From an uncultured beta proteobacterium (GTDB lineage Bacteria; Pseudomonadota; Gammaproteobacteria; Burkholderiales; Gallionellaceae), in the NCBI GenBank assembly GCA_963714805.1, contig CAVQPO010000001.1:21576-85575 (forward strand): a stretch of 64,000 nucleotides of DNA, in the 5' to 3' direction. The notes beneath the pieces are model-generated. The model made no database searches. It saw only the letters and a program-made list of their open reading frames with translations, and was not told the DNA's origin. The position numbers were made by a program, and so were the translations under genes. Positions within the stretch are counted from its first letter, which is position 1; each line of letters opens with the position of its first letter. Below, one piece after another: positions 1 through 8,790 of the stretch.

Positions 1-114
1 GTCCATCTGTGCCTGTCCGGTTGCGGACTGATGCGTGTTGAACTGGTTGAATACGGTCATCAGCACCAAGGCCACAACCAGCCAAATACCGATACTCTTA
101 AATAAATTGTTCAA
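1..114 (-). CDS. ftsH: FtsH zinc metalloprotease, first 38 codons only (gene runs off the left edge)
   Basis: Reverse strand reads GGGAG-N5-TTG then (M)NNLFKSIGIWLVVALVLMTVFNQFNTHQSATGQAQMD. This is the typical FtsH N-terminal TM helix pattern. Start codon is TTG. Too short for the ORF track. Confidence 0.5.
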   Translation of the reverse strand, partial: MNNLFKSIGIWLVVALVLMTVFNQFNTHQSATGQAQMD

Positions 115-710
115 AATTACTCCCTGCTGGCATCCCAAACTGCTCCATGAAATCGTATTAGACTACTTCCTGCCGGATTACTCAAGTTTTACCCACATTT
201 TCCAACTCAAGAGCGCCCCTCAAAAATCCGGGGTTTCAAGCCCGACAAGCCGCGACCAACAGAGAACAAGCGCATATATTTGATATACAAGAAGTAATTT
301 TTACAAGCCACGCGGTATGGCAACAAAAATTGAATTCTAGCGGGTTCCTCAAAAATATTACCGTTCGCTACAACACTGATATTGGGTGCCATACCGAAAA
401 TTACAAGATGCCTGATTCCGGTTTCGCTGCCGCCCAAGCATGTTGAACATGATACTTGGTCTTCACAAATAAATTGTGGATACCTCCGCGTGCATGCGCA
501 TGTGCTTTGCGCACAGCTTGTCGCGCATCTTGGGAGGATTTGTCATGGTGTTTTTATCCGAAAAATTAGGGGGTGCCATAATTTTCCCTCGAACAAAAAC
601 AAGGCATTGCAGAATAGGTGCCAGATTGTACACCCTGAAGGGGCATTTGCAGGCACGATTTTAGGATACCTGTTAGTTAGCTACATGCAACACCCTACAT
701 CTCGATTCAG

Positions 711-736
711 ATTCCGCATAAAAATTCCGCATAAAA
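711..736. repeat. Perfect tandem 13-mer ATTCCGCATAAAA x2, immediately upstream of a promoter-like motif
   Basis: Read directly: 711-723 and 724-736 are identical. Confidence 0.9.
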
Positions 737-739
737 AAC

Positions 740-768
740 TTGACGTGTGCATTTTTTACACATACACT
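740..768 (+). promoter_or_regulatory. Candidate sigma70 promoter TTGACG-17 nt-TACACT for the cytochrome operon; spacer holds an imperfect inverted repeat TGTGCA..TACACA
   Basis: Hexamers at 740-745 and 763-768 with a 17-nt spacer, about 80 nt upstream of the ATG at 846. Motif match by eye only. Confidence 0.3.
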
Positions 769-845
769 GCTGCACAGTAAGTTAATTTTTAGTCGCCATT
801 AATCCCGTTACGCCTTTTAATTACTCCTTTTTAAAAATTTTTCAG

Positions 846-1472
846 ATGCAAATTAATAAGGTTGAAAACATCGCAAATGATAATGCGCGGATAAAGGTTT
901 GGGATTTGCCCATCCGTTTGTTCCACTGGTCATTGGTCGCTGGGTTCATTACGGCATATTTGTCTGCCAGGTATCGCGCAGAAAATTTGCATGTCATGGT
1001 TGGTTATGTACTATGCATCCTTCTGCTGGCTCGTGTGCTCTGGGGTTTCGTTGGCAGCAAATTTGCTCGCTTCGATACTTTTATTTTTTCTCCGCAAGAG
1101 ACGTTGAATTATTTGCGTGGCATGTTGCAGGGTAATCCCCGGCACTATTTTGGGCATAACCCGGCAGGCGCATTGATGGTGTTCACTTTGCTCCTGTTAT
1201 TGGCCATGATTTTTATGACAGGGCTGCTTACGTTGGCGGTTATCGACTTTGAAGGACCTTTGCTCGGCATCGCCAATTATTTCGATGACGCGGCGAGTTA
1301 TGCTTTACGCCATATTCATGGGCTTCTGACCAATGTTGGATTGGCGCTGATTTCTCTTCATTTAATTGGGGTGGCATGGGGCAGCATACAACATAAAGAA
1401 AATCTTGTTCGGGCAATGGTCACCGGCAATAAAATTCAACCATCGCTCGCTGAATCCGATTCAAAAAACTGA
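846..1472 (+). CDS. Cytochrome b561-family membrane cytochrome (same superfamily as the Ni/Fe-hydrogenase b-type cytochrome subunit)
   Basis: 208 aa with four hydrophobic helices and conserved His positions (RLFHWS, GHNPAGALM, LRHIHG, SLHLIG) typical of the family. Confidence 0.8.
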   Translation: MQINKVENIANDNARIKVWDLPIRLFHWSLVAGFITAYLSARYRAENLHVMVGYVLCILLLARVLWGFVGSKFARFDTFIFSPQETLNYLRGMLQGNPRHYFGHNPAGALMVFTLLLLLAMIFMTGLLTLAVIDFEGPLLGIANYFDDAASYALRHIHGLLTNVGLALISLHLIGVAWGSIQHKENLVRAMVTGNKIQPSLAESDSKN

Positions 1473-1499
1473 CTTAAGATAACCACAGAGGAGTAGCGC

Positions 1500-2114
1500 A
1501 TGAAATGTAGTATTAAATTGCGTAGGTTGACCGCTGGTATTTGTTTGGCTGTGCTATCAGGGATGGCATGCGCCGAGGATGCCGGGTTAAATCTCGCACT
1601 GCCGCCAAGCGGTTCCAATGCCAGAGATTTGCAATCTTATATTTTGGCATCCAATGATTTTGCATCGTCATCCAATGCGATGAGGAATCTTGACTCAACC
1701 AAGCCCAATCCGGCGTTTAAGGAGCCTTGGATTTCCGGTAGCAAAGTTCACGAATATCTTGGCTTGGGAACGATTTTGTCAGTCATTGCGACGACATTGA
1801 CGGCACCGGATGGTGAATGCGAATCAAATTGCGCTAGCCAACAATCCAAAACCTCGGGCACCCACCAATCTTTGGGGCGTGCCACACGCGCTTTGGCACT
1901 TTCCACTGTGGTAACCGGGCTGATGTTTCATTGGGACGACATGCATCTGTTTGAAGATGGCTTGAAAGATCCCGATACCCAGCACTGGCTTCTGGGCGGC
2001 GCAGGCGCACTCATCTTGGCCAATGCGGTAAGCAAAGCCCCCGCGCGCAGCCATTCCGGTCAAGCGGAATTGGGCGCTGGCATGATGCTGGTCGCTGTTA
2101 AATTGACTTGGTAA
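1500..2114 (+). CDS. Hypothetical exported/membrane protein
   Basis: N-terminal signal-like segment (LTAGICLAVLSGMACA) and hydrophobic C-terminal half. Sits inside the cytochrome operon. No family recognised. Confidence 0.45.
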   Translation: MKCSIKLRRLTAGICLAVLSGMACAEDAGLNLALPPSGSNARDLQSYILASNDFASSSNAMRNLDSTKPNPAFKEPWISGSKVHEYLGLGTILSVIATTLTAPDGECESNCASQQSKTSGTHQSLGRATRALALSTVVTGLMFHWDDMHLFEDGLKDPDTQHWLLGGAGALILANAVSKAPARSHSGQAELGAGMMLVAVKLTW

Positions 2115-2129
2115 TTGGGGAAATTTGAG

Positions 2130-2534
2130 ATGAATTTTAGAAATATTTTGTTGCTCTGTATGTTATCACTTACCTCGTCATTGGCTTGGGCCAGCCCTGC
2201 CAGCGATGCGGCATTTGCCCAGTACAAAGCTGACGGAGCATCCTCCTTTTCAGCCGAGCATGGCAAACAGGGATGGACCAAGGAGGTAGTCAGCAAAGAA
2301 GGAGAAAAGCGTTCCTGTACGACCTGCCATGATCCGGATACAACCAAACCGGGCAAGCATGCGACCACAAAAAAGGTAATCGAACCCATGGCCGTGAGCG
2401 TTAATCCCGAACGTTTTACCGATCTGAAGAAAATTGAAAAATGGTTCAAGCGGAATTGCGAATGGGCGTGGGGACGCGAGTGTACAGCGCAGGAAAAAGG
2501 GGATTTTCTCAAATTCCTGATCGGCACCAACTAG
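2130..2534 (+). CDS. Periplasmic monoheme c-type cytochrome, DUF1924/SHP-like
   Basis: Signal peptide (LSLTSSLAWA), a single CTTCH heme motif, about 135 aa. ATG at 2130 preferred over the TTG at 2115. Confidence 0.7.
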   Translation: MNFRNILLLCMLSLTSSLAWASPASDAAFAQYKADGASSFSAEHGKQGWTKEVVSKEGEKRSCTTCHDPDTTKPGKHATTKKVIEPMAVSVNPERFTDLKKIEKWFKRNCEWAWGRECTAQEKGDFLKFLIGTN

Positions 2535-2543
2535 GAGAAATTG

Positions 2544-3104
2544 ATGATACCAAGCAAATTTAAATTCGCCGCCCTGCTGGCGGGCGTGTTGACAATCAAT
2601 TGCGGCTACGCAAACGCGGAAGAAGATTTTACCCAATGGCTGCTTAATTTTAATCGCACCAAAGAGGTGAAACCCGTCACCAATAAAACCTATAAAGAAG
2701 AATGCGGTTCCTGCCATTTCGCGTATCAGCCGGGGCTGTTGACTAGCCAATCCTGGGAAAAATTATTGACAGCGCAAGCGCTGCATAACCATTTTGGCGA
2801 AGTAGCCGACCTCGACAAGGATACGTTGCAGGCCATCCGTGACTACGCACTTGAGAATGCGGCGGATAAGTCTTATTACAAACGTTCAAAAAAGATTACT
2901 GTTTCTACGGAAGGCATGGAAGCCCCGTTGCGTATCACCGATGTGCGCTACATCAAACGCAAACACCATAGCATCCCCGAAAACATGATCAAGGGGAACA
3001 AGGATGTCAAATCGCTAAGTTATTGTAATGCATGCCACACTCAGGCCGAGAACGGGAATTACGATAATGATACGGTATCCATCCCGAATTATCCGGGGTT
3101 TTGA
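2544..3104 (+). CDS. Diheme cytochrome c (DHC-type)
   Basis: Signal peptide and two CxxCH motifs (CGSCH, CNACH). AGGAG lies 6 nt before the ATG at 2544. Confidence 0.7.
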   Translation: MIPSKFKFAALLAGVLTINCGYANAEEDFTQWLLNFNRTKEVKPVTNKTYKEECGSCHFAYQPGLLTSQSWEKLLTAQALHNHFGEVADLDKDTLQAIRDYALENAADKSYYKRSKKITVSTEGMEAPLRITDVRYIKRKHHSIPENMIKGNKDVKSLSYCNACHTQAENGNYDNDTVSIPNYPGF

Positions 3105-3139
3105 AACAAACAATTTATTAGAATCGATCGTCGCAAACT

Positions 3140-3214
3140 AACCCCTCCAAACCTCCCCTTGTCAGGGGAGGCTTAAAGGCTTCCCCCCTGACAAGGGGGG
3201 ACTGAGGGGGGTTG
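3140..3214. repeat. GC-rich nested palindromic element (outer stem plus two inner hairpins); likely bidirectional terminator between convergent genes
   Basis: AACCCCTC...GAGGGGGGTT outer stem. Inner hairpins are CCTCCCC-ttgtc-AGGGGAGG and CCCCCCTGACAAGGGGGG. Same architecture as 37035-37111. Confidence 0.5.
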
Positions 3215-3234
3215 GCTTTTGGTGTTACATGGTA

Positions 3235-3489
3235 CTAGTTCTGTTTTTCTTTATCTTTGTTCTTTTTTATTTCGCGGGCATTAATTTCAGCAAGTCTTTC
3301 TCGCCATTCTGCCAGTTGCTCGGCCTCAATTTCAAGCTGTATTGCTAACGCTTCTAACGGGATCAACTTATGATCATCAAGTCTTCGTCCCAGCTTGCCA
3401 CCCATTCGCGAAAGCAAATGCTCAGCTTGAGATTTAGTTAATTTTTTAGCCTTTAACAAATACTCTTCTGATGGTTCTCTCTTCGCCAT
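3235..3489 (-). CDS. Hypothetical small Lys/Glu-rich protein
   Basis: 84-aa ORF with a coiled-coil-like, charged C-terminus. No family recognised. Confidence 0.35.
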   Translation of the reverse strand: MAKREPSEEYLLKAKKLTKSQAEHLLSRMGGKLGRRLDDHKLIPLEALAIQLEIEAEQLAEWRERLAEINAREIKKNKDKEKQN

Positions 3490-3729
3490 GTTTTTAGAAC
3501 AACTATAAATATTGGGGCAATAATATTACGCCTTCCCAATCCAAGTGTACAAAGAAAATTGTTTCATAATTATTTCTGTTCACTGCGGCGCAACCCGCAC
3601 ATATTTCCTAATCATGGTTCTGACAGCCTGCTCATTCCATCACCAATAGTTTGTTTGACGCACACTGATTTAATATTGCTGTAACAAATTGTTGCTAGTT
3701 TAATCACTTTACATATAAGGGCTGCCATC

Positions 3730-3942
3730 ATGGGGCAAGAACTGAGACCGATGTACGGGGAGCTAGTCATCCCTTTCGACTATAAAGAGCAATCAAATAT
3801 ATTGGATGAAGTTAGAGCGATGGAAGAGCAAAAACATTCAATGATTGAAGAGGCTGCCTATTTCCTGTCGGAAAAAAGAGGATTTAAACCTGGTCAAGAG
3901 TTAGAAGATTGGCTTCAAGCTAAAGCACAAATATTGAAATAA
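3730..3942 (+). CDS. DUF2934-like small protein
   Basis: Motif EEAAYFLSEKRGFKPGQELEDWLQAK matches the A-Y-x-x-x-E-x-R-G...D-W-x-x-A signature of that family. Confidence 0.6.
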   Translation: MGQELRPMYGELVIPFDYKEQSNILDEVRAMEEQKHSMIEEAAYFLSEKRGFKPGQELEDWLQAKAQILK

Positions 3943-4057
3943 TTCTTCTCAAGCCTAGCTCCGCACAACAACCTAATCAAGTGCCACCGTTGCATTTACC
4001 GGAATGCTGCTGACTGCTGGCGGAGAATGGGTGGACGTAGCCAATTAGGAGATTACT

Positions 4058-6547
4058 ATGTCCGACATTGCCGAAAGATCTCTGCACACACGCATCGCCC
4101 GCTCGGTCGAGGCTATCAGACGCTCATTTGTCGACAACCTGTTCTATGTCACTGTCAGAACCTTTGACAACGCCACCTCCCTGGACCATTACACTGCTCT
4201 GGCCTACACCATCCGCGACCGCCTGTTGGCACGAGTCGTCGCAACGGACGAAAACTACAAGCGCCGGGAAGTAAAGACGGTGGCCTATATGTCCGCCGAA
4301 TACCTCCTCGGCCCCCATCTTGGGAACAATCTACACAACTTAGGTCTTTGGGACAACGTGCGTCAGGCCATGAACGAACTGGGTCTGAACCTGGAAACCA
4401 TCCTGGAAGCCGAGGAGGAACCGGGACTCGGTAACGGTGGCCTCGGTCGCCTCGCGGCCTGTTACATGGACTCTCTGGCGACGCTGGAAATCCCTGCCAT
4501 CGGCTATGGCATACGCTACGAATACGGAATTTTCGAGCAAGCCATCAAGGATGGCTGGCAGGTGGAAGTCGCCGACGCGTGGCTACGCAACGGCAATCCT
4601 TGGGAACTGCCGAGGCAGTTGCGCTATCCGGTGAAATTCGGCGGAGGAATCGAGCATTACCGTGACGACGAGGGCCGCCAGCGCAACCGCTGGGTGCCTG
4701 AGTCCATCATCTATGGCGTCGCCTATGACACGCCCATTCTGGGCTACGGCGTGCTCAACGTAAACTTGCTGCGCCTGTGGAAGTCTGAGGCCCGCGAATC
4801 CTTCGACTTGCAGGCCTTCAATACCGGAGACTTCTATGGTGCCGTCGATCACATGATCGAGGCCCAGAACATCAGCAAAGTTCTCTATCCCAACGACGAA
4901 CCGGAGGCCGGTAAATCCCTGCGCCTGCGCCAGCAGTATTTTTTCGTTTCCTGTTCTCTGCAAGACATGATACGCATGACATTGAGCGGCAAAGGCAGCC
5001 TGGATCATTTCCCTGACAGATTCGTGGTTCAGCTCAACGACACCCACCCCGCCATTGCCATTGCCGAATTCATGCGCCTGCTTATGGACGAGCACCAGAT
5101 GGAATGGGATCGAGCTTGGGCTCTCACCCAGCGAAGTTTCGCCTATACCAACCATACCCTGCTACCGGAAGCGCTGGAAACTTGGCCTCTGGAGCTATTC
5201 CAGCGCATTCTGCCGCGCCATATCGACATCATTTACGAGATCAACAGCCGTTTTCTGGATGACGTGCGCATCCGCTTCATTGACGATGTCGCCCGCTTGG
5301 CCCGTATGTCGTTGATCGACGATAGCGCAGGAGACGGAGCTCGCCGAGTGCGCATGGCCAACTTGGCCTGCGTCGGCAGCATGGCCATCAATGGTGTCGC
5401 GGCAATGCATAGCGAACTGCTCAAGCAAACCGTGCTGAAGGACTTCTATGAAATGTGGCCGGAGAAGTTTCAGAACAAGACGAATGGTGTTACGCCGCGT
5501 CGCTTCATCGCTCTAGCCAACCCGACACAGGCGGCCCTTTTCGATGAGATCATCGGCGGGGACTGGCTGCGCAATCTGGATAAACTGCGCCAGTTGGAAC
5601 AATATGCCGACAACAGTGACTTTCTGACCCGTTGGAGTGGGCTCAAGCGCATAGCCAAGGAACGTCTGGCGAACCACATTCATCAGAGTTGCGATATCAG
5701 TCTGAACCCGGACACGCTTTTCGATATTCAGGTCAAGCGCATCCACGAATACAAACGCCAGCATCTTAATGTGCTTCACATCGTCAGCCTCTACCATCGC
5801 CTGAAGCAAAACCCGTCGCTGGACATCACACCGCGCACCTTCATCTTTGGCGGCAAGGCTGCGCCCGGCTATCACATGGCTAAGTTGATAATCAAACTCA
5901 TCAACTCGGTGGCCGATGTAATCAACCGTGACCCACAGGTCAACAAGGTATTGAAGGTAGTGTTTATACCCGATTTCAGCGTCAAAACCGGTCAGCATAT
6001 TTATCCTGCGGCCGATCTCTCGGAGCAGATATCTACCGCCGGCAAGGAAGCGTCCGGCACCGGTAACATGAAGTTCACTATGAATGGCGCGCTGACTATC
6101 GGTACTCTGGATGGTGCCAACCTGGAAATCCGCGATGCGGTGGGCGAAGAAAATTTTTTCCTGTTCGGCAAGAACGTACAGCAGGTGAACGATATCTGGG
6201 CGTCAGGATATCGACCATGGGACATATATCATCAAAACGAAAATCTGCGCAACGTCATCAACCTGATCAACTCGGGCCATTTCTCGCATGGCGACGGCGG
6301 CCTATTCCGGCCTCTGACAGACAATCTGCTAAATAGCGACCCTTTTCTGGTTTTCGCCGACTTTCAAGACTATATCGAATGCCAAGCCCGTGTTAGTCAA
6401 GCTTATCAAGATCAGAAACAGTGGTCGCGTATGTCCCTCCTGAATGTGGCACGTTGCGGACAATTCTCGTCAGACCGCGCCATCAGAGAATACAACGCGG
6501 ACATATGGCGCGTACCACCTTTATCAGTGGAAATATCCAAGGCATAG
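4058..6547 (+). CDS. glgP: Glycogen/maltodextrin phosphorylase
   Basis: 829 aa with the PLP-lysine region EASGTGNMKFTMNGALTIGTLDGANLE and GLGNGGLGRLAAC. Confidence 0.95.
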   Translation: MSDIAERSLHTRIARSVEAIRRSFVDNLFYVTVRTFDNATSLDHYTALAYTIRDRLLARVVATDENYKRREVKTVAYMSAEYLLGPHLGNNLHNLGLWDNVRQAMNELGLNLETILEAEEEPGLGNGGLGRLAACYMDSLATLEIPAIGYGIRYEYGIFEQAIKDGWQVEVADAWLRNGNPWELPRQLRYPVKFGGGIEHYRDDEGRQRNRWVPESIIYGVAYDTPILGYGVLNVNLLRLWKSEARESFDLQAFNTGDFYGAVDHMIEAQNISKVLYPNDEPEAGKSLRLRQQYFFVSCSLQDMIRMTLSGKGSLDHFPDRFVVQLNDTHPAIAIAEFMRLLMDEHQMEWDRAWALTQRSFAYTNHTLLPEALETWPLELFQRILPRHIDIIYEINSRFLDDVRIRFIDDVARLARMSLIDDSAGDGARRVRMANLACVGSMAINGVAAMHSELLKQTVLKDFYEMWPEKFQNKTNGVTPRRFIALANPTQAALFDEIIGGDWLRNLDKLRQLEQYADNSDFLTRWSGLKRIAKERLANHIHQSCDISLNPDTLFDIQVKRIHEYKRQHLNVLHIVSLYHRLKQNPSLDITPRTFIFGGKAAPGYHMAKLIIKLINSVADVINRDPQVNKVLKVVFIPDFSVKTGQHIYPAADLSEQISTAGKEASGTGNMKFTMNGALTIGTLDGANLEIRDAVGEENFFLFGKNVQQVNDIWASGYRPWDIYHQNENLRNVINLINSGHFSHGDGGLFRPLTDNLLNSDPFLVFADFQDYIECQARVSQAYQDQKQWSRMSLLNVARCGQFSSDRAIREYNADIWRVPPLSVEISKA

Positions 6548-6589
6548 ACAAAACCAACTACAGAAACGGGGGGGCGAAACCCGATCAAT

Positions 6590-6787
6590 TCAATTATTAT
6601 CCGCCTTTAAATGCAGGATATTGTACTGAATATCGTGAATGAAAGAAGCGGCCATATCCAGATGCAGGTCGACTTCCTTGCTGGCAAGTTTGTCTCTAGC
6701 CTTATAGAGGGCATCAATAGCTGCTGAAATTTGCTGACTTATAATATCTTCCATATTCATCATCCCATTCCACGATATCATTTCCAA
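6590..6787 (-). CDS. Hypothetical small helical protein (weak call)
   Basis: ORF only; no convincing RBS or homology. Confidence 0.2.
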   Translation of the reverse strand: MEMISWNGMMNMEDIISQQISAAIDALYKARDKLASKEVDLHLDMAASFIHDIQYNILHLKADNN

Positions 6788-6852
6788 ATGAATCTGGGCA
6801 ATTCTAATGACATTACATGACAGGATTATGAAACCAACCGGGTTTATTATAA

Positions 6853-6993
6853 GGGAACCTCTATTAATTCAAATTTCGTTGCCATACAGCGTTGCTCATA
6901 AAAAATTACTCCTAACATATCATACATATGCGTCGTCACAATTTTTTACTCGCGCCTTGTCTGGCTTAGAAATTTGAATTAATAGAGGTTCCC
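6853..6993. mobile_element. MITE-like element, copy 1 (about 141 bp, about 25-bp terminal inverted repeats)
   Basis: GGGAACCTCTATTAATTCAAATTTC ... GAAATTTGAATTAATAGAGGTTCCC. Flanked by a direct ATAA/ATAA. Interior is homologous to 19681-19821. Confidence 0.6.
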
Positions 6994-7078
6994 ATAAATC
7001 TCGAAACGGCAGATTGACATGCAACTTTCTTGCTGATTCCGCATAACCATACTCGAAAAAGCACGCGCAAGAGGCATG

Positions 7079-7843
7079 TCAGAGAGTGTTGTCACGTAGT
7101 TTCCCGATCTGAACCGCAGATGCCCCTGCGCTGGAGCGATTAGCTCGCAATGACAGCAGATGGTAAGTTTGCGAAATCAGTACGAGAGGATAAGCGACTT
7201 GCAACAAATCGGCGATCATGCGCCATTCGGACAGTATGCCTTTCCAGAATCCGAGTTTTTCGGTTTTCCTTGATTGCGTGACATGAGGCCAGCAGGTAAC
7301 TGCAACCGAAAGCTGGCGCGCAATGATCTGGCGATTCATGAATACCTCGATCCCAAAACGCGGCAGTCCATGAATCTCCTCCAAAACCTCGCTCAAGAGT
7401 TCCTTTCTGATGACTCTTTCGCCCGAGACGAAATCCAGACCGATGGCACGAAATATCCAAAGGCTATTATGTCGCAAGCTTAGGCTAACATCCGCCTTGC
7501 CCGACAAAACAGGGATGGCGAGCGCGGCAATGTGCTCACCGGCAAGACCGGTGAGATCGGCATCGAGCAGCATGAGTATATCGTTTTGCGCCGTGGCAAC
7601 CCCGGTTGCCATCGCAAAACTTTTACCTCGATTCACCGGATATGAGATCAGCTTGACCGAAGTAAAGCGCTTGACGATTTCGGCGGTATTGTCGGTCGAG
7701 CCGTCGTCCACTACGATAACCTCGTTCAGAAACGGATGCACGGAGGCTACCGCAAGCACGGCGGCGATTCTTGGTGCCTCGTTGTAAGCGCAGATGATGC
7801 AGGAAATTTTGGCTCCGCTATTCGGCGTGGAAGTGCTGGTCAT
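7079..7843 (-). CDS. Family 2 glycosyltransferase
   Basis: ISCIICAYNE...VIVVDDGSTDNT...LLDAD motifs with hydrophobic C-terminal segments. ATG at 7843 preferred over the TTG at 7855. Confidence 0.8.
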   Translation of the reverse strand: MTSTSTPNSGAKISCIICAYNEAPRIAAVLAVASVHPFLNEVIVVDDGSTDNTAEIVKRFTSVKLISYPVNRGKSFAMATGVATAQNDILMLLDADLTGLAGEHIAALAIPVLSGKADVSLSLRHNSLWIFRAIGLDFVSGERVIRKELLSEVLEEIHGLPRFGIEVFMNRQIIARQLSVAVTCWPHVTQSRKTEKLGFWKGILSEWRMIADLLQVAYPLVLISQTYHLLSLRANRSSAGASAVQIGKLRDNTL

Positions 7844-7944
7844 GAAATATCCCAAGTGTGGAACGGATTAGCGCGATTCAAGCAATGTAAGGTGTTTGGT
7901 CTGCCGAGCTTCGACCGGCAGATTCAAAGCGTTCCGCAAGCTGT

Positions 7945-8601
7945 TCACAAACTCCTCGGGGATGTCGAGATGACCTCGGACGGCACTCCAAATTTCTTGG
8001 TCAGGCGAACACTATCCTCGAATCCATAGGACACAACGAAGGGATGCATGCCGGCACCAATCGCCGCGAGATAGTCGCTGTACTCGTCCCCACAAGCATA
8101 AGCTCGCGCAGGATTTATCGCAAAGGATTGCCTGGCATGTTTCATATGCACGGTCTTACTTTCCTTCAGTGGAATGCAAGCCAGGTAGTCGAATTTGCCG
8201 GTGTCGATTCCGTAACGACTAAAAAGGCATTTCAGTGTTTCTGCTGGCTCAATTGTCACATTACGAGTGATGAGCCCGACTCGAATGTCGGGAGCCGCCA
8301 GCAACTCGCGTAGCAAAGAGTCGATGCCCGGATACAAACATGCCTCGTAACGGTAGACCTCGGTGAGTGTCGCCAGCAATTGCTTGCGGTTTTGTTTGCC
8401 GAATTGGTGGCGCAGATTTGTTGGAAACTCCCTCAGTCCACCGAGGAATTTAAATAGTTTACGCCGCTTCTGAAAGCGATCGATGTCTCCAATATCCATT
8501 CCGTGGCGCAGAAAGGCCATCTCGATAGCACGAAATGCGTCTATGGTCGTGCCATCCGCATCAAAGATCACCAGCCGTTCCAAGTTGTCATAATGAGCCA
8601 T
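7945..8601 (-). CDS. HAD-superfamily hydrolase
   Basis: Motif I is VIFDADGT; C-terminal GDEYSD motif. Confidence 0.8.
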   Translation of the reverse strand: MAHYDNLERLVIFDADGTTIDAFRAIEMAFLRHGMDIGDIDRFQKRRKLFKFLGGLREFPTNLRHQFGKQNRKQLLATLTEVYRYEACLYPGIDSLLRELLAAPDIRVGLITRNVTIEPAETLKCLFSRYGIDTGKFDYLACIPLKESKTVHMKHARQSFAINPARAYACGDEYSDYLAAIGAGMHPFVVSYGFEDSVRLTKKFGVPSEVISTSPRSL

Positions 8602-8790
8602 GTTCCTGATAATAGCTCAGTCTTGTGACAGGAAGATTAAGGGAACCCATGCAGATGTAGTGAATAAAATATAGCGATTTAGGTTTGGCCGAATTTGGAG
8701 ATGTCATCCTGGCGACATAAAGTTTCTGTATAAATATCTTGTATGATTCGTAGTAGTTAAATAGACATATCAATCACACAAGGATTACAC

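Noticed and set aside
35-780. Small ORFs 35-283, 207-437, 382-780 and 476-664
   Set aside because: They have no RBS, overlap one another, show odd composition and have no recognisable family. The region is treated as non-coding leader.
8615-8645. Pho-box-like CTGTCAC half-site upstream of the HAD gene, near the phosphoesterase and psiE-like genes
   Set aside because: Only one good 7-mer is present. The second repeat is poor, and the spacing to the start codon is incompatible with a promoter.
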